Positions 8,902-16,729 of a DNA stretch of 24,000 nt are shown here, piece by piece. Made by a program: the position numbers and the translations under genes. Positions within the stretch are counted from its first letter, which is position 1; each line of letters starts with the position of its first letter. The DNA comes from Candidatus Hodarchaeota archaeon (GTDB taxonomy: Archaea > Asgardarchaeota > Lokiarchaeia > Sigyniarchaeales > SOKP01): positions 130,298 to 154,297 of the forward strand of contig JBHLKM010000010.1 of NCBI GenBank assembly GCA_048886685.1. Reading direction: 5' to 3'. The notes beneath the pieces were generated by a model that was not told the origin of the DNA, made no database searches, and saw only the letters and a list, made by a program, of their open reading frames with translations.

Positions 8902-9180
8902 ATGGAAGACCTTAAGGAAAAAGGGCTTAAAATATATAATGCTATTTTTGAAGGAAAAAAAACTGTTGAGATTGAAGAAATCGAATATCCAATAAAGAAA
9001 TTTTCAAGCGGTATAAAATATGTTGACCTATTCGGATATCGTTATATAGAGCAAAATCGCAATAAAAAGTCAGAATGGGGCAAAAAAGCAAGAGAAGGAC
9101 ATAAGATCATGTGGATTATCAAAGGTAGAAGGTATATTGCCCAAATTATAGATGGAGATTATAACGATCTAAAGAAGTAA
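8902..9180 (+). CDS. hypothetical small protein
   Basis: 92-aa ORF preceded by an SD-like GTGAGGAT a few nt upstream of the ATG. I recognise no family. Confidence 0.45.
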   Translation: MEDLKEKGLKIYNAIFEGKKTVEIEEIEYPIKKFSSGIKYVDLFGYRYIEQNRNKKSEWGKKAREGHKIMWIIKGRRYIAQIIDGDYNDLKK

Positions 9181-9458
9181 ATGTGTTTAGATTTATTAAG
9201 AAAATTCTATATAATTTTACAGAATAAAAATACATGTTTATTTATTAAACAACATAGCAGCTTCATTGAAAAGTATATGAAGAAAGTGTAAAAGGTTCTT
9301 GGAAGGAGAAACCTTTCTTCTTTTTTGCAACCTTCCTCCCCTTGAAGCAGATCTATGAGAAAACTAGGTTAAAAGAATAATAACTTTTAGATTTCATTTT
9401 AAAAGAATTAAAGATTCTCAATTTTTTGAGTAGAGAGAGCAAGTTTAATTATAAATTT

Positions 9459-10058
9459 CTATGACGATTCAAAATGTTCAAGAATTAATTCTAAGTAAGA
9501 CTTAGTTATAAAATTTTCTTTTTGAATTCCAAATGAGCTTAAGAAATTAAATAATAATTCTTTAGATTCACTGATTTTTACTTTAGAATTTGATAGGTAT
9601 TCTACCTCAATGAAATATTGCTCTAGAATCGGTATATAATCAATCAGAGCTTCAATATGGTAATTTCCAAAATCGAATTCATACAACTCCCTTTCTTTCT
9701 TCACAGTAAAGACTTCTTGGAATCCAAGTGTTTCAAGTATTTTTTTCATTTTTTTTATATCTTCAATCTTAATATCAATTTCTTTACGAGTTTTAGTTAG
9801 ATTATCAATTTTTTTTCCTTTATAAGTAATATAATATTCCAGATCTTGATTTTTCTCACGATTAGTTTTATCAAATCGACTTGATTTCCTGAGTCTTAAA
9901 GCTTCATCAGTCTGTTTAAAATCTCTTAACCCTTTAGGCATATTATAGTATGTATCTTCGTGGAGCAAGGAAAATTTATAAGAACCTTTATTTTCTTCAA
10001 ATTTTCTTCTCATTAATGCTGGATCTGGAATCCGAACTTTGATTTCTACCTCAATCAT
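9459..10058 (-). CDS. CYTH-domain protein (triphosphate tunnel metalloenzyme; class IV adenylate cyclase / triphosphatase family)
   Basis: 199-aa ORF that starts MIEVEIKVRI, matching the N-terminal ExExK signature of CYTH/CyaB-ThTPase proteins. The later alternating charged beta-strand pattern (LRLRK, YITYKGKK, EIDIKIED, IEVEY) is typical of the tunnel fold. Confidence 0.8.
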   Translation of the reverse strand: MIEVEIKVRIPDPALMRRKFEENKGSYKFSLLHEDTYYNMPKGLRDFKQTDEALRLRKSSRFDKTNREKNQDLEYYITYKGKKIDNLTKTRKEIDIKIEDIKKMKKILETLGFQEVFTVKKERELYEFDFGNYHIEALIDYIPILEQYFIEVEYLSNSKVKISESKELLFNFLSSFGIQKENFITKSYLELILEHFESS

Positions 10059-10141
10059 ATAAGGTTTCTACTTTCATCTGATAACAAATATAATTTATTA
10101 ATTTTTATTAAGTATTAAGAGTTGCTTGAAGAGTTGACTTC

Positions 10142-11110
10142 ATGTCACAGAATCAAAAATTAATCCTAAAACTTGCGCAAGAATATGGATATTTTCCGTA
10201 TATGATTGAAAGGTATGTTCAATTCTTAGGGATAGATGGGACTATTGAATTATTAAAGGCAAATGAAAAACCGTTAAATCCATCCATTAGGGTTAACTCG
10301 CTTAAAATTAGTAGCTCTGATCTGAAAAAAAAATTAACTCAGAAAGGATTTGAGCTTGAACAGGTTAAATGGATTCCTTATGCTTTTAAAGTCATTCAAG
10401 AATCCCAAAATTTAGGTTCTACCCATGAATTCCTCCAAGGATATTATTATCTTCAAAATGTTGCCTCAATGCTCCCTGCTGTAATTCTTGACCCAAAACC
10501 TAGTGACATTGTAATTGATATGTGTGCGGCGCCTGGGAGTAAAGCAACACATATGGCACAGTTAATGGAAAATGAAGGAATGCTCATTTTAATAGATAGA
10601 AATAGAAAAAGAATTCCTGCATTAGAAATGAATCTACGTAGAATGGGAATCATAAATTCTATTGTCATAAATATGGATGCAATTAACTTATCACAGTTAA
10701 ATATTAAAGCAACTAAAATACTTCTCGACGCACCATGTACAGGAGAAGGACTAATAAGACAAGAACATGATAGGAAAAAAAGTCGAAAAATGAAGGATAT
10801 TGAGAAAATGGCATCAATTCAGAAAAAATTACTTAAAGCTGGATTGCATGTATTAAAACTTAACGGAGAAATGCTGTATAGCACTTGTTCTATTGCTCCT
10901 GAAGAAAATGAATTAGTAGTTCATGAAATTCTAGAAGAAAACAATAATTTTGAGATATCTAAAATCTCGAATATTTATGGGGTGAGTGGTTTAACAAAAG
11001 TGTATGGAAAAAATCTTAGAGAAGATTTAAAGTATTGTCAGAGACTATATCCTCATCTCCATGATACAATTGGATTTTTTGTATGTCTAATCAAAAGAAA
11101 AAGCCAATAA
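10142..11110 (+). CDS. NOL1/NOP2/Sun-family RNA (cytosine-C5)-methyltransferase
   Basis: 322-aa ORF with the SAM-binding motif DMCAAPGSKATH, motif IV DAPCTGEG (PC Cys) and motif VI MLYSTCS (TC Cys). Confidence 0.9.
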   Translation: MSQNQKLILKLAQEYGYFPYMIERYVQFLGIDGTIELLKANEKPLNPSIRVNSLKISSSDLKKKLTQKGFELEQVKWIPYAFKVIQESQNLGSTHEFLQGYYYLQNVASMLPAVILDPKPSDIVIDMCAAPGSKATHMAQLMENEGMLILIDRNRKRIPALEMNLRRMGIINSIVINMDAINLSQLNIKATKILLDAPCTGEGLIRQEHDRKKSRKMKDIEKMASIQKKLLKAGLHVLKLNGEMLYSTCSIAPEENELVVHEILEENNNFEISKISNIYGVSGLTKVYGKNLREDLKYCQRLYPHLHDTIGFFVCLIKRKSQ

Positions 11111-11192
11111 CAATTTTAGCAATTATTACAATTATGTATATTTAATATAAAAAAGATAAGACTTAAGAAATAATATTTTTAAATTCTTTTTT

Positions 11193-11774
11193 TTATTGTT
11201 TTTTTCTGAGATAATATCCCTTATCACTTAAATTCATAGCGATAATTTCTTTTTGCATGAGTTTCTGTACGTTTTGATTTTTAACTCGTGATTGGGCTAT
11301 AGCTATAATTTCATTAAGTATATTAAAAATCAATAGAAAATCCCTTTCTTTTAAATTGATTGGAATCTCAACGATCATACTTTTTAAAATATTATTACCA
11401 TAAAGAATTGATTTTTCTCCTTTTTCATTGACTCGAATTGTTTGAAATTCAGAAAATAGATTGAGTTTATTTAGAAATTCAGCGCCTTCTAAACTTAAAT
11501 AGAAAATTCCTTTTTTAATAAAGCCAAAGTATAGTCCAGCTGAACAGATTCTAGGTTTGTTGTCGAAATCTTTGATTAATTTGTGTTGTTCATTAGAAAT
11601 TAAATAGATTGATGGAAAGTTATCATCAATGGATAATTCATATGTAGAAATAAATAGATCCTTTTCAAGATTGTCAATTAAGGTTAAAATTTTTGGGGAA
11701 ATATTAGAAAGTGTAGTAAAAATTATTTTTTTCTCTATTTCATTTATCTCTCTAAAAGTTATTGAATCATTCAT
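11193..11774 (-). CDS. nip7: NIP7 homologue (UPF0113 pre-PUA + PUA domain; 60S biogenesis factor-like RNA-binding protein)
   Basis: 193-aa ORF that aligns by eye along its length with human NIP7. SLGTCFGKFTK..FRLHVTALDYL aligns with [45 protein letters not shown] aligns with [36 protein letters not shown] aligns with [16 protein letters not shown]. Confidence 0.8.
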   Translation of the reverse strand: [193 protein letters not shown]

Positions 11775-11854
11775 ATTACAATAGAATAAAAAGAATTAAG
11801 AAGTTTTATTATTATTAATCAATAAAGGTATTAAAAAATAGTGTAAATGAAAAA

Positions 11855-12568
11855 ATGGGTATTCGAAAGATAGAAGATGAGATTGATTTAAAAGAAGCGA
11901 TGAAGAAAAAGGCAGCAGAATTAAAGATGAAAGATATGGAAGCAAGAGCATCTGTCGAAAAATTTACTAAAGATCGGTTACGTGAACTTGCTAAAAGACA
12001 TGGCGTTTTATTAGCTCTAACTCCTGAATTAAGAAATGAAGTTAAGGAATTACAGAAAAAATACAATATCCCTTCATCTAAAATCATAACTGAACAAATA
12101 ACAGAACATGATGTTTTAAAAAAATTTTCTAAAATAGATCATGAAAAATTAGGAATGCTTGCATACCAACGGGTTTTAATGGCAAAAGAAGAAACAGGGG
12201 GGATAATCCCATTGTCAGAAGTATTCGAATTGATTAATACCGGAATATTAAAAGGTAATGTTGAGGTTAAGGATATTGATAAAGCTTTAAGTCTCCTGAA
12301 AAAAAAGAAGGTAATTGAAGATATTACACAATTAGAATCTGGAGCTATTATAGTAAGATTCTTTCCTATTCAATATACAGGGGATGAGTCTAAGGTTGTT
12401 GAATTAGCAAAAGAAAAAGGTATTCTCACTTTAGAAGATGTGTGTGTTAAACTAGATTGGTCTCAAGATCGTGCTCTTCATGCATTAGAATCACTTGAAA
12501 AGAGTGGAATCGCAAAGTATAGAGAAAATATTTTAACTGGGAAACAATGGTTTTTCCCATCAATATAA
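11855..12568 (+). CDS. vps22: ESCRT-II subunit, Vps22/Vps36-like (EAP30 domain, tandem winged helix)
   Basis: 237-aa ORF that aligns by eye with human VPS22/EAP30. It has a basic N-terminal helix. NGGLITLEEL aligns with TGGIIPLSEVF. DDLIRAIKKLKALG aligns with KDIDKALSLLKKKK. VVLQLAEKNGYVTVSEIKASLKWETERARQVLEHLLKEGLAW...YWLPALF aligns with KVVELAKEKGILTLEDVCVKLDWSQDRALHALESLEKSGIAK...QWFFPSI. Confidence 0.85.
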   Translation: MGIRKIEDEIDLKEAMKKKAAELKMKDMEARASVEKFTKDRLRELAKRHGVLLALTPELRNEVKELQKKYNIPSSKIITEQITEHDVLKKFSKIDHEKLGMLAYQRVLMAKEETGGIIPLSEVFELINTGILKGNVEVKDIDKALSLLKKKKVIEDITQLESGAIIVRFFPIQYTGDESKVVELAKEKGILTLEDVCVKLDWSQDRALHALESLEKSGIAKYRENILTGKQWFFPSI

Positions 12569-12581
12569 AGAGAAAATTTAG

Positions 12582-13484
12582 TTATTCCAATTTTATTTTA
12601 AATGCTAATTGTCCGTTCTCTAATTTGAGGACTTTAGCTCTACGATTTTTCGCTAAGATTTTAAAAATCTCTTCCAAATCTTCTAAAGGAAGATTACTAA
12701 AATCTTCTTGTTTTGCTTCCCGGAGTTCATATATCATAATAGGTTCAAGCTTTCCATTATCATAAGCCCATTTATATATCTCATCTGACCAGACTTCAAG
12801 TGTTTTCCAATAAATTCTTAGTTTTTCTTTCTTTTTGGATAGCCATACCGCTTGTTTTTGACTAATTAATTGCTCTGCAATTTCTAATATATATTTTTCT
12901 CTTTTAGTAAAATTCGAAAAAGGTTTTTGAGAATTTAATTCTCTTATATAAATTATATGGAGAACAGCAAAACGAGCATAATCAAAAAGAACTTTTGCCC
13001 ATTCTGTTTTCCAAGAAATATAATCATTTTTCTGATTATCTTTATTAGGCATAGTATACATGAATTTTTTACGCTCTTCTTCTAACCAAGGATAAGCTTT
13101 TAACAATTTTTCATAAGCAGTTAATTTCTTTTCAATAAGCCCTTTTTCTCCTATGATTTCTTCTTCTAATTCTTGAAGTTCAGCTTCAATTTGGTCAGCA
13201 TGTCGTTGGTATACTTTATTATCAATTTCTCCTGCTTTCGAGCTTAAAATATTCTCAAGTTTATCAAATTCCTTTTCGATATAGCTTAAATCTGCAATTT
13301 TAAAATCTGATTCGTTAATTATTTGTCTTTCTAATGCTTCCTTCTCTAGTTCTTCTTTTTCTTTTTTTAATGTCCTTAAACGGGCTAGTTCTTTCCTTAA
13401 TTCTTCTAATTCTTTTTCTGCTTTTTCTTTTTCTTCTTTAGGGACTTCCGCTGTTTTCTCTCGTTGTCTTTCCATGTTATTCAA
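12582..13484 (-). CDS. vps25: ESCRT-II subunit Vps25-like, with a ~125-aa N-terminal charged coiled-coil extension
   Basis: 300-aa ORF. Residues ~130-300 align by eye with human VPS25. PWQYRFPPFFTLQPN..TR.KQL..W aligns with YPWLEEERKKFMYTMPNKDNQKNDYISWKTEW. FLIMWRRPEEWGKLIYQWVSRSG...FTLYEL aligns with LRIYWKTLEVWSDEIYKWAYDNGKLEPIMIYEL. The C-terminal EEFHGLDEATLLRALQALQ...GVKF aligns with EDFSNLPLEDLEEIFKILAK...LAFKI. Its start lies 9 bp after the vps4 stop on the same strand. Confidence 0.85.
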   Translation of the reverse strand: MNNMERQREKTAEVPKEEKEKAEKELEELRKELARLRTLKKEKEELEKEALERQIINESDFKIADLSYIEKEFDKLENILSSKAGEIDNKVYQRHADQIEAELQELEEEIIGEKGLIEKKLTAYEKLLKAYPWLEEERKKFMYTMPNKDNQKNDYISWKTEWAKVLFDYARFAVLHIIYIRELNSQKPFSNFTKREKYILEIAEQLISQKQAVWLSKKKEKLRIYWKTLEVWSDEIYKWAYDNGKLEPIMIYELREAKQEDFSNLPLEDLEEIFKILAKNRRAKVLKLENGQLAFKIKLE

Positions 13485-13493
13485 TCTCGTTTC

Positions 13494-14714
13494 TTATACT
13501 TCTCCAAATTCTTCTGCCCAATCATTATATTGTTTTATAAGAGTTTTATTAGTCATCGGTTTTACTTTTTTTAAAGTCTTCTTAAAATCTTTTAAATTTA
13601 TATCTCTAACTTTTACCTCTTTATCTGAACTTTCCAAAAGGCCACCCATATCCAATTCTCGAATTGGTAACATGATAACCTCACGACAAACATTCGCAAT
13701 ATCTCTACCAGAATATCCTTCAGTTCTAACAGCTAATTCAATATAATCTTCATCTGTTAATGCTGAGTTTACACCCTCAGTATGGATTTTAAAGATTCCT
13801 GATCTCGCTTTCATATCTGGAAGAGGAACATGAACTCTTTTCTCAAATCTACTCAGCATTGCATTGTCAATATCCCATGGACGATTTGTCGCTCCCAACA
13901 CCAACAAAGGTTTATCATGAGTAGATTTTAATCCTTGTATTTCACTCAATAACTGTGTTTTGACTCTCCTTTCACCACCGCTTTCAGTTCCTTCTCCCCG
14001 CTTTGTAGCTACAGAATCGATTTCATCCATAAATATTAGACTTGGTGCTCTCAATCTCGCAACTTTGAATAGAGAACTAATTAATTTCTCACTTTCACCT
14101 AACCATTTACTTAATAGATCAGCTGAAGAAGCGCTAAAAAAGGTTGCATTACATTCTGTGGCTGCCGCTTTAGCTAATAAAGTCTTACCACATCCTGGTG
14201 GACCAAAAAGTAAAATTCCTGACCAAGGTCTCCTAGCACCCGTAAATAATTCAGGTTTAGCTATTGGAAGAACTATTGCTTCTCTCAGAGCTTGTTTAAC
14301 GTTTTGTAGCCCCGCAATATCCTCCCATTTTACATTAGGTGATTCGGTAACTATTGTACCAGAGATCATATCAATCAATTCTTGCTCTTCCGAAGAAACC
14401 GCTCCAGCTTCGGAATCCGTCAGACTAGAATCTCCAGTAATACTTGGTGCTTCAGAAGGTCTTGTTCTCCTAGGACTCACTCCACTGAGATGAGATTTTA
14501 GTATTTTAGCTCTCTCGACGTATTCTTCAATGTTCTTTTGGCACAACATTCTCATTTGCGGATTCTTATTATATTTCATAAATTGCATTAAGATCTCTGC
14601 TGCACGTTGGTATTTATTTATAGCCTGCCTTTTTTTTCCTTGATTGTCCAATGCTACTGCTTCTTTTGCCGTTTTCACAGCATATTGATAAAGTTTTGAA
14701 TCTACAGATGACAT
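13494..14714 (-). CDS. vps4: Vps4-type AAA+ ATPase (N-terminal MIT domain, single AAA+ cassette, Vps4 C-terminal helix)
   Basis: 406-aa ORF. MIT-like helices read AVKTAKEAVALDNQGKKRQAINKYQRAAEILMQF and YVERAKILKSHL. The motifs are Walker A GPPGCGKT, Walker B LIFMDEIDS and SRH ATNRPWDIDNAMLSRFEKR. The C-terminal LIKQYNDWAEEFG is typical of Vps4. Confidence 0.95.
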   Translation of the reverse strand: MSSVDSKLYQYAVKTAKEAVALDNQGKKRQAINKYQRAAEILMQFMKYNKNPQMRMLCQKNIEEYVERAKILKSHLSGVSPRRTRPSEAPSITGDSSLTDSEAGAVSSEEQELIDMISGTIVTESPNVKWEDIAGLQNVKQALREAIVLPIAKPELFTGARRPWSGILLFGPPGCGKTLLAKAAATECNATFFSASSADLLSKWLGESEKLISSLFKVARLRAPSLIFMDEIDSVATKRGEGTESGGERRVKTQLLSEIQGLKSTHDKPLLVLGATNRPWDIDNAMLSRFEKRVHVPLPDMKARSGIFKIHTEGVNSALTDEDYIELAVRTEGYSGRDIANVCREVIMLPIRELDMGGLLESSDKEVKVRDINLKDFKKTLKKVKPMTNKTLIKQYNDWAEEFGEV

Positions 14715-14896
14715 ATTAAATATATTACAAAATTCTTAGTATTTATAGCTAATGTAATTTAGCAATCTGTATGATTAATAATTGAATCAGAATATATCAA
14801 ATTTACTCTTTAAGCAAAAGATAATAAATATTGGTCTACAAATAATTATATAATACCGAATTTTTTTATATCATATATAATATATAAGAAATTTTG
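14715..14896. promoter_or_regulatory. divergent promoter region between vps4 and the ESCRT-III gene
   Basis: A 180-bp, very AT-rich spacer lies between divergently transcribed genes. TATA-like TTTTTATA at 14863-14870 sits ~27 bp before the first in-frame start codons, which suggests a leaderless or near-leaderless ESCRT-III mRNA. Several other TATA-like strings are present, so the exact elements are uncertain. Confidence 0.3.
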
Positions 14897-15532
14897 ATGA
14901 TTATGGGTTTTCTAAAAGATATCTCTAAATGGTTAAGCGGTGGTAAGAGGGAAAAAGACACTGTTCGCTCTGCAGCAGTAAAATTGAAAGTATTTAATAA
15001 AAGACTGATGCGACAAACTAAAAAATTAGAGATGAGCGCAAAATTAGCAAGAGATAAAGCAGTAAATCTACGGAGACAAGGTGATATGGATGGATCTAAA
15101 TTTCATGCGCGTAATTATCTTCAGGTTAAGAAGCAATCAAGAGTGGTGGAAATGTTTCGCACCAATCTGGAAGGTTTATTGTTCAAATTGGAGCAAGCAA
15201 CTGCAGTTAAAGATGTATCCGAAATTATGACTGGAATTGCTCAATCTCTTGCCACTTTAAAAAGTCAACTTTCCGTTCCTCAGATGACAGAATTAATGAG
15301 CCAAATCGATATTGATATGGAAGAATTTGCTGTAACTGCTGATATTGCTACAGAAGGTATGGATAATATCTCAATTGATACTGCTGTTACCGATTCAGAT
15401 GTTAACGAAGTTTTAGGAGAAATAGATGCAGAGATTCAAGTGGAAATGGGTGCGGCATTACCAAGTGCAGCATCTGACGAAAAGATAGCCGAGTTAGAGA
15501 AAGAGTTAAACCGTTTGAAATCTGATGAATAA
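14897..15532 (+). CDS. ESCRT-III subunit (Snf7 family), Vps2/24/46 (CHMP1-3)-like, with a C-terminal MIM1-like helix
   Basis: About 210-aa ORF with a basic N-terminal helical hairpin and an acidic C-terminal half, the typical ESCRT-III charge asymmetry. By-eye similarity to Vps2: LPQLQRISMEFEKQ aligns with VPQMTELMSQIDID, and DEIVNKVLDEIGVDL aligns with SDVNEVLGEIDAEIQ. The C-terminal AELEKELNRLK fits the MIM1 pattern LxxRLxxLK. The track starts at TTG 14894; in-frame ATGs at 14897 and 14903 are more plausible starts. Confidence 0.9.
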   Translation: MIMGFLKDISKWLSGGKREKDTVRSAAVKLKVFNKRLMRQTKKLEMSAKLARDKAVNLRRQGDMDGSKFHARNYLQVKKQSRVVEMFRTNLEGLLFKLEQATAVKDVSEIMTGIAQSLATLKSQLSVPQMTELMSQIDIDMEEFAVTADIATEGMDNISIDTAVTDSDVNEVLGEIDAEIQVEMGAALPSAASDEKIAELEKELNRLKSDE

Positions 15533-15648
15533 AGTTAGTTTTTTTCTCTAATCTTCTTAATACACCACCTACCAAAATTATTAAAAGATTTCTTTCTATT
15601 TTAACAATATTCGATAACTCAAAATTTAATAATATATAAGTGATCTTT

Positions 15649-16662
15649 ATGGATTTTCCAGAATTAATTACGATTGGAAGTAATACTTTAGATATATTAA
15701 TTCAGATTGATGACATATTACGATTTGAATTGTTTGATAAAGATATCATAAAAAAATATACTGCGATCGAATATTCTCGTAAATTGAATGTGAAGAATGT
15801 AAGATTTGTACCAGGAGGGTCAGGTGCCAATATCGCAGCAAATTGTTCCATGTTAGGACTAAAATGTGCATTTGTTGGTGTAATGGGTAATGATTTTTCT
15901 GCAGAAATTTGTTTGACTGATCTAAAGAAACGCGGGGTTGATTTATCTCAAGTTATTCAGACGGATAAGGATTGTACAGCATTATCAATAATATTAAGAA
16001 CGCAATGGGGTAAAGATCGTAGCATCTTAGCCTATAAAGGAGCAAATAATTTGCTAAAGCCTTCTGATGTTAAGGAAGAGTTATTTAATAATATCAAAGC
16101 ATTCGCCTGGACATCCTTGACCACAGATGAGAGCTGTAAAGCAATAGAAAAAGCAATAACACTGACAAAAAATAAAGGGGGAATGGTTTTCGCTGCTCCC
16201 AGTATGTCAATTATAAAGAACGCACCAGAGTGGGCAAAAATTCTAATTTCTAATTCTGATGTAGTATCTATGAATCTAGAAGAAGCTCAAGAATTTACAG
16301 GAGAAGCTAAAAAGTCATTAATGATAAAGAATTTCTTAGACCTAGGAATAAAACTGATTTCTATAACAGATGGACCTAATGGCTCAATCATATCGGATGG
16401 CAAGACTATGATAAATAGTGGTGTTTATAGTGTTGGAAAAGTTGAGGATACAACAGGGGCAGGTGATGCATTCTTAGCTGGAATATTAATCTCTCGTTTA
16501 AACAATTTTACCCTTGAAAAAACATCAAAAATGGCAACAGCAATGAGTTTCTTGGAATGTAAAGAAGTAGGAGTTCGCGAGGGATTACCAAATAGTCTAC
16601 AAGAATTAGAAGATTTCATAAATAATAATACAATTAAACAGGTTATCTCTGAAATCGTTTGA
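15649..16662 (+). CDS. PfkB-family carbohydrate/nucleoside kinase (ribokinase-like fold)
   Basis: It has an N-terminal GGSGANIA motif and a C-terminal DTTGAGDAFLAG anion-hole/catalytic-base motif. The track starts at GTG 15640; the ATG at 15649 (MDFPELITIGS) is the likely start. The substrate cannot be called from sequence. Confidence 0.85.
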   Translation: MDFPELITIGSNTLDILIQIDDILRFELFDKDIIKKYTAIEYSRKLNVKNVRFVPGGSGANIAANCSMLGLKCAFVGVMGNDFSAEICLTDLKKRGVDLSQVIQTDKDCTALSIILRTQWGKDRSILAYKGANNLLKPSDVKEELFNNIKAFAWTSLTTDESCKAIEKAITLTKNKGGMVFAAPSMSIIKNAPEWAKILISNSDVVSMNLEEAQEFTGEAKKSLMIKNFLDLGIKLISITDGPNGSIISDGKTMINSGVYSVGKVEDTTGAGDAFLAGILISRLNNFTLEKTSKMATAMSFLECKEVGVREGLPNSLQELEDFINNNTIKQVISEIV

Positions 16663-16700
16663 AGTTTTAATTTCTTATTTAAATCATTAAATTTTAATTT

Positions 16701-16709
16701 TTTAATATA
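16701..16709 (+). promoter_or_regulatory. archaeal TATA box for the tRNA-Gly gene
   Basis: TTTAATATA matches the TTTAWATA consensus and ends ~21 bp upstream of the tRNA 5' end at 16730. Confidence 0.4.
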
Positions 16710-16729
16710 TTCCTAGTATTAACGTTTTT

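Noticed and set aside
12582-13484. I considered whether the coiled-coil-rich 300-aa protein is a CdvA-like component, which would make this a crenarchaeal/thaumarchaeal Cdv system.
   Set aside because: The C-terminal 170 residues align convincingly with eukaryotic Vps25 winged helices. There is no PRC-barrel-like N-terminus or CdvA-type E3B tail. The neighbouring EAP30 protein also argues for ESCRT-II rather than Cdv.
13474-14493. Track ORFs 13474-13746 and 13960-14493 on the + strand, antisense to vps4.
   Set aside because: They are embedded in the strongly supported Vps4 gene. Their translations are Ser/Leu/Pro-rich mirror-frame products without recognisable domains.
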